Notes: generated by a model from the sequence alone, not told the origin. A stretch of 64,000 bases of DNA from an uncultured Methylomirabilota bacterium (GCA_963845565.1 CAWJSJ010000002.1:2368001-2432000), one strand, 5' to 3'; positions 10,895 to 23,326 are shown, numbered from the stretch's first letter. Made by a program: numbers and translations.

Positions 10895-11586
10895 AGGTCG
10901 GCGTGCTGGTCTTTCCGGGTACCTGGAGTCACCAGGACTTCGCCCACGTGTTGCAGGACGTCCTTGGCGTCGGCTGGGGGTATGTCTGGCACAAGGAGAC
11001 CTCGGTGGCAGGATACGACTGCCTCATCCTGCCCGGCGGGTTCGCCCACGGGGATTACCTGCGCTGCGGGGCGATCGCGCGTTTCTCGCCGGTGATGGAG
11101 GCGGTGATCCGGTTCGCGAAGAGCGGCGGCCCGGTGATCGGGAGCTGCAACGGATTCCAGATCCTCTGCGAGGCGGGCCTCTTGCCCGGGGCGCTCCTTC
11201 GAAACGACTCCCTGCAGTACCGCTGCCGGTGGGTGCACCTTCGCGTGGAGAATGCGGACACTCCGTTCACCCGGGCTCTGCGGCCGGGTCAGATCCTGAA
11301 GATGCCCATCTCGCACGGCGAGGGGCGTTACTTCGCGACCCCCGAGGTCCTCGCGGCGCTCAGGGCGAACGGCCAGATCGTCTTCCGCTACGCCACCCCC
11401 GATGGCCAGCTCACGGCGGCGGCAAACCCGAACGGTGCGCTGGAGCACATCGCCGGGATCTGCAGCGAGGGGCGGAACGTGGTCGGGCTCATGCCGCATC
11501 CGGAGCGGGCCGCCGAGCCGCTGCTGGGATCGGAGGACGGTCGGCTGCTGTTCGACGCCATGTTGGATGCGGCTCTCCCGCGGTAA
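10891..11586 (+). CDS. purQ: FGAM synthase glutaminase subunit PurQ
   Basis: [30 protein letters not shown]. Confidence 0.96.
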   Translation: MKVGVLVFPGTWSHQDFAHVLQDVLGVGWGYVWHKETSVAGYDCLILPGGFAHGDYLRCGAIARFSPVMEAVIRFAKSGGPVIGSCNGFQILCEAGLLPGALLRNDSLQYRCRWVHLRVENADTPFTRALRPGQILKMPISHGEGRYFATPEVLAALRANGQIVFRYATPDGQLTAAANPNGALEHIAGICSEGRNVVGLMPHPERAAEPLLGSEDGRLLFDAMLDAALPR

Positions 11587-11706
11587 ATCCGTAAAGCGTT
11601 CGACTGTTCGACGGTTCACGGTTCGATAGAACCGCCGAACCGCATGTGACTCGTTTTCCAATACGACCACCCGACTCTAAGAGAATGCTGACGTTCCCCT
11701 TTCTTC

Positions 11707-11829
11707 AGGCTGCTCAAAAAGGTCCAGATGCAAGGCGGCACGCCGGAGGCCGAGCGAGGCGTACTGGAAGTACGTCGCAGCGAGTGCCGAGGCGGGCCAA
11801 CGTGGCAGATGGGCCTTTTTCACCAGCCT
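11707..11829 (-). repeat. Repeat family A copy 3 (inverted orientation)
   Basis: aggctgctcaaaaaggtccagatgc...gcagatgggcctttttcaccagcct. Confidence 0.85.
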
Positions 11830-11841
11830 GCTAGGGACACC

Positions 11842-14066
<2,225 letters not shown>

Positions 14067-14153
14067 TTATGAGCGGGTCCCGGCGCCAAGCGTTCCGCGG
14101 TCTACGCCGGTGATTCTGCTGCCGTTAGGAAAGCGCAAAGGAAAGGTTGTGGG

Positions 14154-15455
14154 ATGAAGACGATCAGCGTTGGCCTGCTGGGGTTGGGGACGGTCGGGTC
14201 GGGAGTCGTGAAACTGTTCCAAGAGCACCCCGACCTCTTGGATCGGCGCGTGGGCGCGAAGCTCCGCATCCGGAAGATCGCGGTGCGTAGGACTCCCCCC
14301 CGGATTCCCGTCGATCTGAAACTGGTCACCACGGACGCTCTGGATGTCGTCAGGGATCCCCAGATCGACATCGTGGTGGAATTGATCGGCGGGACGGACG
14401 TGGCCAAGACGCTGTGCCTGGAAGCCGTGGCGAACGGGAAGCACCTGGTCACCGCCAACAAGGCGCTCCTGGGCGAACACGGGTTGGAGATCTACCGCGC
14501 GGCGGCCGAGAAGCACGTGGATCTGGGGTTCGAGGCCAGCGTCTGCGGCGCCATTCCCATCATCCGCTCGGTCAAGGAGGGCCTGGTCGCCAACCGGATC
14601 CTCTCCATCATGGGGATCGTGAACGGGACCACCAACTACATTCTGACCAAGATGACGGCGACGGGGGAGGCGTTCGCATCGGTCCTGGCCGAAGCGCAGG
14701 CCAAGGGATATGCCGAGGCGGATCCGACGCTCGATGTGGGCGGGATCGACGCGGCGCACAAACTGCAAATTTTGGCCTCGCTGGCCTACGGCGGCTACAT
14801 CCGGTTCGCCGATATCTACGTTGAGGGAATCCAGAAGATCGAGGCGATCGATATCGAGTTCGCCCGGCAGTTGGGCTATCGCATCAAGCTTCTGGCCATC
14901 GCCAAGGAGGACCAGGGGGAACTGGAGGTCCGGGTACACCCGACGATGATCCCCGAGGCACACCTCTTGGCGTCGGTCGGCGGCGTGTATAACGCCGTGC
15001 ACATCCGCGGCGATTCCTGCGGCTCCCTCATGTTCTCGGGCCGCGGTGCCGGGCAGATGCCGACGGCCTCGTCCGTGGTGGCCGACATCGTGGAGATCGC
15101 CCACAACATCGTGTATCACCGACCCGCCCGCGCGGGGCTGCTCCCGACCGGTGCGGTAGGGTCCGAGATCACGCTGCGGCCGATGGAGCGGATCTCCAGC
15201 CGGTATTATCTCCGGGTCATGGCGCTGGACCAGCCGGGCGTGCTCTCCCGGGTGTCCGGCGTCCTGGGCGAGAACCACATCAGCATCGCCTCCATGATCC
15301 AGAAGGGCCGGGATGAAGCCGCCGCGGTGCCTATCGTGATGCTGACGCACGCCGCGGTGGAGGGGGATATGCGGCGGTCGCTGCAGCGCATCAACGCCCT
15401 GGACGTGATCGCCCAGGACACCGTCTGTATCCGCGTCGAGGGCGCCGAGGAATAG
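14154..15455 (+). CDS. hom: Homoserine dehydrogenase with ACT domain
   Basis: GLGTVGSG, VTANKALL, NGTTNYIL, GYAEADPTLDV. Confidence 0.96.
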   Translation: MKTISVGLLGLGTVGSGVVKLFQEHPDLLDRRVGAKLRIRKIAVRRTPPRIPVDLKLVTTDALDVVRDPQIDIVVELIGGTDVAKTLCLEAVANGKHLVTANKALLGEHGLEIYRAAAEKHVDLGFEASVCGAIPIIRSVKEGLVANRILSIMGIVNGTTNYILTKMTATGEAFASVLAEAQAKGYAEADPTLDVGGIDAAHKLQILASLAYGGYIRFADIYVEGIQKIEAIDIEFARQLGYRIKLLAIAKEDQGELEVRVHPTMIPEAHLLASVGGVYNAVHIRGDSCGSLMFSGRGAGQMPTASSVVADIVEIAHNIVYHRPARAGLLPTGAVGSEITLRPMERISSRYYLRVMALDQPGVLSRVSGVLGENHISIASMIQKGRDEAAAVPIVMLTHAAVEGDMRRSLQRINALDVIAQDTVCIRVEGAEE

Positions 15456-15457
15456 CC

Positions 15458-15580
15458 GGCTGCTGAAAAAGGCCCATCTGCTGCGTTGGACCACTCGCGC
15501 GCTCGTTGCGGCGTACATCCCAGTACGCCTCACTCGGCGCTCCGTGCTCCGCCTTGCATCTGGGCCTTTTTGAGCAGCCT
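15458..15580 (+). repeat. Repeat family A copy 4
   Basis: ggctgctgaaaaaggcccatctgc...gcatctgggcctttttgagcagcct. Confidence 0.85.
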
Positions 15581-15697
15581 GAGTGATTGGGGGCGATTGG
15601 TCGATGAGTCAACGAGTCGATGTGTCGACATGCCAACTCGCTGTTGCGAGTTGACGACTCGACCAATTGACGAATCGACAACGCGGAGGACGCACGT

Positions 15698-16753
15698 ATG
15701 TTATGGCGAGGGTTGATTCACGAGTACCGCCAGTACCTGCCCGTGACGGATGCCACGCCGGTCGTCACGCTGAACGAGGGGAACACGCCGCTCATTCGGG
15801 CGGACCGCCTGCGGCAGCGGTTGGGTTTGAGCTGCGAGGTATACCTCAAGTATGAGGGGCTGAATCCGACCGGGTCGTTCAAGGATCGCGGGATGACGGT
15901 GGCGATCAGCAAGGCTGTGGAGCGCGGCGCGAAGGCCGTCATCTGTGCCTCCACCGGGAACACCTCCGCCTCGGCGGCGGCCTATGCGGCACGGGCGGGG
16001 ATCCGGGCCTTCGTCCTGATCCCGGAAGGAAAGATCGCCCTGGGGAAGCTGGCCCAGGCCATGTTTCACGGCGCGCAGGTCCTGCAGATCCGCGGGAATT
16101 TCGATGACGCCTTGCGGCTCGTCCGGGAGATCTCGGAGAAGCATCCTGTGGTCCTCGTCAATTCCGTGAACCCGGATCGGATCGAGGGGCAGAAGACGGG
16201 GGCCTTCGAGATCTGCGAACAACTGGAGGGTGCGCCGTCCTACCAGTTCATGCCCGTGGGGAACGCCGGCAACATCACGGCGTACTGGCGGGGATACCGG
16301 GAGTACCATCGGATCGGGAAGATTTCTCGCCTGCCGCGGATGATCGGATGGCAGGCCGAGGGCGCGGCGCCCATCGTCCTGGGGCACGTCGTGGAGAAGC
16401 CGGAGACGATCGCGTCCGCCATCCGGATCGGAAACCCGGCGAGCTGGCAGGGGGCGACAGACGCCTTGCAGCAGTCCGAGGGGGCCATCGATGTCGTCTC
16501 CGACGAGGAGATTTTGACCGGGTACGCGCTGCTGGCGCAGACCGAAGGCGTGTTCTGTGAGCCGGCCTCCGCCGCGTCCGTGGCCGGCCTCGTCAAATGG
16601 GTCAAGACCCGCGGATTCACACCACGCGATCGGGTGGTGCTCATCCTGACCGGCCACGGTCTGAAGGACCCCGACACGGCGGTCAAGCGCTCGACCGCGC
16701 CGCTGACGGTGGACGCAGGCATGGGACCCGTGATGGACGCGCTGCAGATGTGA
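15698..16753 (+). CDS. thrC: Threonine synthase
   Basis: [36 protein letters not shown]. Confidence 0.96.
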   Translation: MLWRGLIHEYRQYLPVTDATPVVTLNEGNTPLIRADRLRQRLGLSCEVYLKYEGLNPTGSFKDRGMTVAISKAVERGAKAVICASTGNTSASAAAYAARAGIRAFVLIPEGKIALGKLAQAMFHGAQVLQIRGNFDDALRLVREISEKHPVVLVNSVNPDRIEGQKTGAFEICEQLEGAPSYQFMPVGNAGNITAYWRGYREYHRIGKISRLPRMIGWQAEGAAPIVLGHVVEKPETIASAIRIGNPASWQGATDALQQSEGAIDVVSDEEILTGYALLAQTEGVFCEPASAASVAGLVKWVKTRGFTPRDRVVLILTGHGLKDPDTAVKRSTAPLTVDAGMGPVMDALQM

Positions 16754-16839
16754 ACCGAGCTTTCTCGCCACAAGAGGCACAAAACGCACAAAGGCCTCGA
16801 TCACCTGGGGCTATCGGCGAGGCTACAGGAAGAAACGAA

Positions 16840-16869
16840 TTGACAGATCTGGGTTTTTCTTGCTATCTT
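16840..16869 (+). promoter_or_regulatory. Sigma70-type promoter of tRNA-Gly
   Basis: TTGACA-N18-TATCTT with extended -10 TG. Confidence 0.55.
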
Positions 16870-16880
16870 CCTCTGCCGAT

Positions 16881-16956
16881 GCGGGAATAGCTCAGCTGGT
16901 AGAGCACAACCTTGCCAAGGTTGGGGTCGCGGGTTCGAATCCCGTTTCCCGCTCCA
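16881..16956 (+). tRNA. tRNA-Gly(GCC)
   Basis: Cloverleaf, anticodon GCC, encoded CCA. Confidence 0.97.
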
Positions 16957-16965
16957 AAGAAAGCA

Positions 16966-17010
16966 ACCCGGGATTGTGGGCGAAACGCCTGCAATCCCGG
17001 GTTTTCTTTT
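16966..17010 (+). terminator. Intrinsic terminator after tRNA-Gly
   Basis: aacccgggattg...caatcccgggtt hairpin followed by T-tract. Confidence 0.75.
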
Positions 17011-17072
17011 GCGTGCGGTGTGCTGAGTTTTATACCTTGCAAATCTAAACAATGCGTTTGATAATGCACGGT

Positions 17073-18301
17073 ATGAAACGAGCCTACGAAGGGCTGCTAC
17101 AGTCGTATCTGGGGATGTTTCCGTGTGTCGCCGTCATCGGTGTCCGGCAATGTGGCAAGACGACATTGCTCCAGACTCTGCCGGAAGGCTGGCAGTATTT
17201 CGACCTGGAGCGGCGGGCGGATCATGAGGTCGTTTCCCGCGACGCGGATGCGTTCTTTCGCCTCCATTCCCGACGGGTAGCGCTGGATGAAGTCCAGTTG
17301 ACACCAGAGGTGTTCTCTGCGCTTCGGGTGGCGATTGACGAACACCGCGCGGAGAAGGGCCGATTCGTCGTCACCGGCTCCAGCTCGCCGGAGCTGTTGC
17401 GGTCGGTCTCGGAGAGTCTGGCGGGCCGGGTCGGGATCATTGAGCTGGCACCGTTGTCCTGGGAGGAGGCGACGCAGACCTGCGGGCGGGACTCGATCTT
17501 GCGCCGATTGCGGGACCGAAAGGCCAAGCCCGCAGACCTGATCGAGGGGTTGAGGGCGCGCGGGGACGTGGCGCGAGCGCACGAGTTCTGGTTCCGGGGT
17601 GGATTCCCCGAGCCGTGGCTGAATCCGGGGACGAATTCCGCGAGCGCTGGGTGGAGCAATACCTCCAGACCTACCTGTACCGGGACGTGAAGCGCTTCTT
17701 TCCGGGGTTGGACGATGTCCGGTTCCGGCGATTTCTGGCCATGCTGGGCGGGCTGTCGGGGCGGGTGTTGAACAATGCCGAAGTGGCGCGGGCGCTCGCC
17801 GTGTCCCAGCCGACGGTACGGGATTACTTCGAGATCGCGCACGGCACCTTTGTTTGGCGGCGCATCCCCGCTTTCACGCAGGACGTGGTGAAGCGGGTGG
17901 TGAAGCACCCCCGGGGATATTTGCGCGACAGCGGCTTGCTGCACGCGCTCCTGCGCATCCCGGACACCGACGCGCTGTTGAGCCACCCCCAGATGGGCGC
18001 CTCGTGGGAGGGGATGGTGGTGGAGGAAATCCTCCGCCAGTTGAATGCGCTGGGCGTGGGGCATGAGTATTCGTACTACCGCACCGGCGGCGGCGCAGAG
18101 GTGGATCTGATACTCGAAGGTGACTTCGGTCGCGTGGCCGTCGAGATCAAGCACGCCTCCACCGTGAACGCGCGCGAACTGCGGGGCCTCGGCGACTTCG
18201 TCAGGGAGCACAAGGCGCGCCTGGGCCTGGTGGTCACCAACGACTGCGCGGCCCGGCAATACGATGAGAAGCTGCTGGGACTGCCGTTCAACTGGTTGTA
18301 A
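17073..18301 (+). CDS. AAA+ ATPase, DUF4143 type (frameshift near 17630)
   Basis: GVRQCGKTT, LDEVQ, TGSS, RGGFPE, DSGLLH, EVDLILE. Confidence 0.85.
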
Positions 18302-18403
18302 GCCGTTGTCAAAGAATACGTTGAGCGGAGACATTTCGAAACGGCATAAGGAGCCGTAACGAAATAGAAAAAGAGGTATAGGTTATTTCGTAACGGCTCC
18401 TAA
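18299..18403 (+). repeat. Repeat family B copy 1 (~105-bp double hairpin), begins at the TAA stop of the AAA gene
   Basis: taagccgttgtcaaagaa...aacggcataaggagccgtaacgaaat...atttcgtaacggctcctaa. Confidence 0.9.
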
Positions 18404-18805
18404 GAATCGGGCTCCCAACCCACACGCGCCGCGGGCGCGTTTATTCGGCCTGCGGAGAAATTCGAACAGGATGCTTCGGGATGACCTGAGATCTTCAGGC
18501 CGCGGCCTCGCTAGCTCCGCGCTTGACACCAATGCGCGCTTGGCATAGCCTTTCCATCGACTTGGTCCCGCATCAACCGGTGTCCCGGCTGGGGCGCTGA
18601 ACACTCACGGCCCATCCGGTCTCCGCGTCCGATACGATCGCGCTCTCTGGTATGCATCGAGGTGCTGCCGGGCTTCTCGGAAGCTGGGCTGGTTCTCCCA
18701 TACGGAGGACGAGCGACGCAGCGGCCCTTTCGATCGGGGACCAGGGGTCCTCGCGGAGCGCCCACACCTGACCGGTCGACCGCGGGCGGGACGAAGGAGC
18801 AGACC

Positions 18806-19189
18806 ATGGCCGAGACATCCGACCGCCGCCGCGCCGCGCGGCTGACCGTTGCGCGGCATCTTCGCGGCTCCGAACTGGAACTCCACCTCGTGCGACTCCT
18901 CGATCTCAGCCCCACGGGCGCGCGCATCGAGCACCTAGAGCCGATGCGCCAGGGGGGGATGTGTCACCTGGATCTCCCGCCCGCCTTTGGACGGGTCCGG
19001 CTCACCGGCCGGGTCGTATGGACCGAAGTCCGCGGGAGCGAACAGACACTGGAGGGTGATCGCCGTTTCCATCACCAGAGCGGCATCGAGTTCGAAGGGC
19101 TCACCCCCGAGCAGCGCGCCGCCTTGGCCACCGCGCTCGAGACGTTGCGAGCGGCGAGCGAGGCGCCGGACCACCCGTCGCTTCGCTGA
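18806..19189 (+). CDS. PilZ domain protein
   Basis: RxxxR (RRAAR) and DxSxxG (DLSPTG) motifs; AAGGAG SD. Confidence 0.8.
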   Translation: MAETSDRRRAARLTVARHLRGSELELHLVRLLDLSPTGARIEHLEPMRQGGMCHLDLPPAFGRVRLTGRVVWTEVRGSEQTLEGDRRFHHQSGIEFEGLTPEQRAALATALETLRAASEAPDHPSLR

Positions 19190-19319
19190 CGCCCCGCGGC
19201 GCACGGCGAGACGCATTGCACTCATCAACACGCGCGTCACGTGCCGGATCCTTCCGGCCCGCGCCCCAATGATGGTTCAGGTTGACCGCTCTGGCGAGAT
19301 CGCCTATTATGCACGGTGT

Positions 19320-19395
19320 GGCGCGGTACCCAAGTGGTTAAGGGGGAGGTCTGCAAAACCTTTACTCGGCGGTTCGAATCCGCCCCGCGCCTCCA
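19320..19395 (+). tRNA. tRNA-Cys(GCA)
   Basis: Cloverleaf, anticodon GCA, CCA end. Confidence 0.95.
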
Positions 19396-19446
19396 AGTAG
19401 TATAGCCTTCAGCTTTCAGCGATCAGCTTCCGGGTGGTTTCTCATC

Positions 19447-19770
19447 TTACCCTTCGGCTGCCCGTCTCCGCACCAACCGGATCTCCAGCGAGCACCCCAC
19501 CGCCTTCGCGTACTTCTTCAAGGTGGCGATCGTCGGGGAGTGTGTGCTCCCCGACAGCGAGGTCTCTAGCCGCGTCACCGCCGGTGCTTTGGTTCCCATC
19601 TTCTTCGCGACCCCGGCCTGGCTCAGCCCCGCCTGTTGCCGGGCGAGGAGGAGTTCCCGCAGCAGCGCGAACTCGGTGTCGAGCTCGGCGTACCCTTTCA
19701 GAAACGTCGGGTCATTTTTCCACCGCTCCACCATCTGGCGATGGGTGAGCCGCGGTGTCTTCCTGGTCAT
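19447..19770 (-). CDS. XRE-family HTH antitoxin (HigA-like)
   Basis: ARQQAGLSQAGVAKKMGT..AVTRLE..PTIATLKKYAKAVG. Confidence 0.88.
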   Translation of the reverse strand: MTRKTPRLTHRQMVERWKNDPTFLKGYAELDTEFALLRELLLARQQAGLSQAGVAKKMGTKAPAVTRLETSLSGSTHSPTIATLKKYAKAVGCSLEIRLVRRRAAEG

Positions 19771-19961
19771 AGCGTACGTACCTCCCGTTGCCGCCGACGG
19801 GCAAGCGCAAGCTCACGTGTGGGCGTTCCTGGCGTCTTCTTGTCGAGGCCGAACTCTTCGAGGAGTTCGGTCAGTCGGGCGTAGGCCGCCCGGATTCCCA
19901 CGGGCAGGGCCTCGATTTCTAGCCGGACCGCCTCGCTGTAGTAGTCGATCGTCCATGGCAT
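19767..19961 (-). pseudogene. RelE/HigB (Gp49-like) toxin with an in-frame internal deletion
   Basis: N-terminus WTIDYYSEAV..LLEEFGLD joined directly to C-terminus KKTPGTPTRELALARRR; the central part is missing; 64 aa. Confidence 0.7.
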
Positions 19962-19969
19962 GATGAATA

Positions 19970-19987
19970 CATAACATATGTGTTATG
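19970..19987. promoter_or_regulatory. Palindromic operator of the toxin-antitoxin operon
   Basis: CATAACATATGTGTTATG inverted repeat just upstream of the toxin start. Confidence 0.6.
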
Positions 19988-20321
19988 CCACGACAAGAGA
20001 AACATCTAAGAATGCCGCTTGTCCGGTGTGGTCCATAAGAACTCTACCCCCCAGGATCCACATATGCGGCCTCACGTGTGGTAAGCAGCCCGTGAGATTG
20101 TTAGCGTCGCCATTCGCCTCCGTATGTTGGAACCGTGCTCCGATCGATCGCAGCAGGGGCCTTTGTACTTCTGGCGAGCCGTCCATGCGATGGAGGAAAT
20201 GGGTCGCGGCTCTCAGAGCTTCCGTTTCTGCTCGAGGCGGATAGCCGACCGCCGACTGTTCGTATGCGCCAGTGGACAATCGTCCGCAGGCTGTGGTAGG
20301 TATCATGTCGGCGCATGCGCT

Positions 20322-20408
20322 GCGGGAGTGGCGAAATAGGCAGACGCGCGAGACTTAAAATCTTGTGCGCGAAAGCGCGTGGGGGTTCGATTCCCCCCTC
20401 CCGCACCA
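20322..20408 (+). tRNA. tRNA-Leu(TAA)
   Basis: Cloverleaf with long variable arm, anticodon TAA, CCA. Confidence 0.95.
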
Positions 20409-20641
20409 TTTCTCGTCCGATAGTCACGAGCCCGACCCATCCCGCAGGGATATCCAGCCCGTCGGCCGCCGCTCGAAGGTCCGCCTCGCTTCCTATATTG
20501 TACCGTCGGGAAAGCTATCAGTTTCTGCAGAGTTGCGGAATCGTCCTCCCAACGCGCCTCGCCACCCACTCCCTCGCAACTACTTGGGATTACACGGTTG
20601 CGTGAATCACGAGTCGTGGCCTTTTGTATTTCTGAAAGCTT

Positions 20642-20657
20642 GGGCACGGTCTATGCT
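20642..20657 (+). promoter_or_regulatory. Possible sigma54 promoter
   Basis: GGGCACGGTCTATGCT, GG-N10-GC spacing, ~100 nt upstream of ORF 20758. Confidence 0.4.
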
Positions 20658-20757
20658 CTGCCTGACTCAGCGTTATCCATCTCCTTCGGAATATTCTAGA
20701 AAAGAACGGGCGAACAACCATCTTCATTAGCCCACAAACAGCCAGGGAGGACAGAGC

Positions 20758-21081
20758 ATGACCAGCGAGATGGCGGGTACACCTCAGGAGCACGTGTTTC
20801 GGTGGATGGAAGAAGGTCCGACTGTCCTCGCGGGTATTCGCTGTATTGTCCAGGAGGACGCCAACCTCAAGAGGATCGTGGAGGCTACCCAGAAGGAATG
20901 CGAGCGACTCCGGCACGAGTGTGAGCAATTACGCGTCGAGGTCAGCCGACTCACAGCCGGGACCGAGCGCCTCCAGAAAGAGCGGGCCGAAACGGCCCAA
21001 TGGTTCACCGCCATGATGAACGAAGCTGCCGCTCGGCTTCGGCGCGAGCATTCGCCCGCCGTGAGCGATGGCCGCCAATAG
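20758..21081 (+). CDS. Hypothetical coiled-coil protein
   Basis: GGAGG SD; heptad-rich ECERLRHECEQLRVEVSRL. Confidence 0.65.
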   Translation: MTSEMAGTPQEHVFRWMEEGPTVLAGIRCIVQEDANLKRIVEATQKECERLRHECEQLRVEVSRLTAGTERLQKERAETAQWFTAMMNEAAARLRREHSPAVSDGRQ

Positions 21082-21395
21082 CCGACACGGCGAGCAGGAG
21101 TGACTCCAGCCTGAGCGTCGGGACTCCCCTCTGCGTCCGGCGTTGGCCATGTTCGTACGTCTGGTGGCCACTTGCGCCACCACACTATCCTTCCCGGAGC
21201 CATTTCATGCGGTGGGCGTGCGGGTCGAGCACCATCGCCCCGGACTTGCCGCGACCTCCCTTTAGATTTGACAGGCTTCGGACCGTCCGCTAGCGTTCCG
21301 GGTATCGGGACGGCGGCGATGCGCATCACGGAGGGCTCCGATGCGCTCTGGGTACCCCCTGCCCGAGGGCGGCCATTCGACGGGGAGCGAGACAG

Positions 21396-21653
21396 GTGAC
21401 GGCGCAACGGGAGATCGGCTATACCTGCTGGCCATGCCGGGACGAGGACGGGCGGGTAGCCGTTCCGGCCACGTACCGACTCCTGGTACGAGAGGTCGGT
21501 AAGAAAGTTGGGGACGAGGTCTGGGGATGCGGCGCGCATATCTGCGAGTTGTACGTGCACATCATCAGCCTGGGGAAACCCCTCGACGTGATCGTCCACA
21601 ACATGGCGACCGGCGCGTGCGTGGCCGAAGCACACCCGAGGCAGGCGGGGTGA
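21396..21653 (+). CDS. Small hypothetical protein, possible Zn-binding (CxxC...CxxH)
   Basis: CWPC and CGAH motifs; upstream GGAG. Confidence 0.45.
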   Translation: MTAQREIGYTCWPCRDEDGRVAVPATYRLLVREVGKKVGDEVWGCGAHICELYVHIISLGKPLDVIVHNMATGACVAEAHPRQAG

Positions 21654-21667
21654 GGCCTCACGGCTCC

Positions 21668-21772
21668 TAAGCCGTTGTCAAAGAACAAATTGAGCGGAGA
21701 CATTCCGAAACGGCATAAGGAGCCGTAACGAAATAGAAAGAGATGTCTAGGTTATTTCGTAACGGCTCCTAA
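21668..21772 (+). repeat. Repeat family B copy 2 (preceded by a right-end remnant acggctcc)
   Basis: Near-identical to copy 4. Confidence 0.9.
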
Positions 21773-21784
21773 GGCTCGAATGTC

Positions 21785-22312
21785 ATGACACGCGAGCGGG
21801 GTAGCTTCTGGACGTGGGTGGCGAGGCGCTTGGCGACCGCCCGAGACACCCCGATCGTCCTGGACCGGCGCCAAGCGGAGCGCCGACAACAGCTCCAGCC
21901 TCCAGACGAGGAGCGGCGGCTTACGGACCGTCGGCGTCCGGAAAGCAGCGACCTGGGCGAGGTCGGCGGTTTCTTGGAGGCGGGGATTCATCTCCGGGGC
22001 GTCCTGCAGTTCAGCGGCGCACTCCGCGTCGACGGCCATTTCGAGGGGGAGCAGGTTCGCGGCGAGACGCTCGTCATCGGTGAACACGGATTGGTGAACG
22101 CCGAAATCCGGGTTGAGATTCTGCAGGTCAGCGGTCAGGTGCTGGGGGACGTCACTGCGAAGCGGTGGGTTGAACTCCTCGAGTCGAGCACGGTGACCGG
22201 AACTATCCGTACCCCGCGATTGACGATATGGAAGGGGGCCGTCTTCAACGGGACCTGCGACATGCCCGCCGCACATTCCCCGGAGAGCGAAGTTCTCTCA
22301 CGGCCGGCGTGA
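21785..22312 (+). CDS. Bactofilin (polymer-forming cytoskeletal protein) with Arg-rich N-terminal extension
   Basis: LRVDGHFEG..TLVIGEHGLVNAEI..VELLESSTVTGTI..GAVFNGTCDM. Confidence 0.85.
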   Translation: MTRERGSFWTWVARRLATARDTPIVLDRRQAERRQQLQPPDEERRLTDRRRPESSDLGEVGGFLEAGIHLRGVLQFSGALRVDGHFEGEQVRGETLVIGEHGLVNAEIRVEILQVSGQVLGDVTAKRWVELLESSTVTGTIRTPRLTIWKGAVFNGTCDMPAAHSPESEVLSRPA

Positions 22313-22415
22313 GCCGTTGTCAAAGAATAACTTGACCGGAGAAATCCCGGGAACGGCATAAGGAGCCGTAACGAAATTCCAAAAAGTGGACAAGCTATTT
22401 CGTAACGGCTCCTAA
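22310..22415 (+). repeat. Repeat family B copy 3, begins at the bactofilin TGA stop
   Basis: tgagccgttgtcaaagaataacttgacc...ctatttcgtaacggctcctaa. Confidence 0.9.
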
Positions 22416-22658
22416 CGACAGGCGACCTCGTGTGGGATGATCAGGTTCGCGGTCATCCCGGCGGGCGTCGGCGGGCGCGCCTGCACGTCTCTGCGTTCAG
22501 CTTCCTCGCTTCGGTCTACGATGAATTGTCCCCTCGCCGATCTTTCCTCGTGAGCACGCTCACTCCGTGCTGCGTATTCCCGTTCATTCCTATTCGGTTA
22601 CACTCCTCGATCTCGCCGGATCGCTAGGAGCCGGGCAGGTCTCTATCCCTTGGCCGGC

Positions 22659-22982
22659 TCAGGCAGCGGGAAGACACCGGGCGAGTGCCTCGGCGGTGAT
22701 GTCGTCGTGCGAGGCGCTCCACACGACCACGCCCCGCCGGAAGACGATGATCTGGGGCGACTCGTGTTCTATGCCTGACCGCGCCGCGATCTGCTGGGAC
22801 ATGGAGCGCTGCGCGCGAACGTCCACGAGATACGCCGGGATCTGTGGGTGCTGAAGGAGGAAAGCTTCGACCTCGCCCAAGGCCGTCACGCACGTAGGTC
22901 AGGTTGGGCTATGCTTGTACAAGAACGCACGCTCCGCGGTGAAGACATTTTCCAGTTCGCGCTCTTCGCTAATGCGCCGCAT
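22659..22982 (-). CDS. ytxJ: YtxJ/BrxC-like thioredoxin-fold protein with in-frame TGA at codon 28 (probable selenocysteine, UxxC)
   Basis: ORFs 22899..23090 and 22659..22889 are in the same frame: YKHSPT-TGA-PTC ... GIEHESPQII ... WSASHDDIT; GGAGAGGGG SD; 107 aa. Confidence 0.8.
22868..22885 (-). promoter_or_regulatory. Candidate bacterial SECIS hairpin
   Basis: CGGCCUU-GGGC-GAGGUCG; G-first apical loop 20 nt after the UGA. Confidence 0.55.
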
Positions 22983-23326
22983 GATCCCCTCTCCGACATT
23001 GGCCGCGATGGATGTGCTGGTCCGATTTCGGCCTGTGTATTTATCATTCTTTGGGCGAAGTTTCAATCTGTGGAGGCGGCGCGACCTCACGCGCTCACCT
23101 CTTTTCCACAGATGTCCGACCCTGGCCGCTGAGCCACTGTTTGCTGCCCGCCATTACCTGCGCATAGGACCTCCCATCGAGTCCTGCGGTGGAAAAAGTT
23201 CCTGGCAAACTTTACACCGCCCCGGACCACGGATTTCCCGCGAACCACGTGGCTTTTCCGCTTTGACGACCCATAACCTTTTGCGTTTATGGCTCTCTGC
23301 TTATCGCTCCAGGTGACGATCTCAAA

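Noticed and set aside
18540..18556. Sigma54 promoter upstream of the PilZ gene
   Set aside because: TGGCAT is present but the -12 element reads TTCC rather than TTGC
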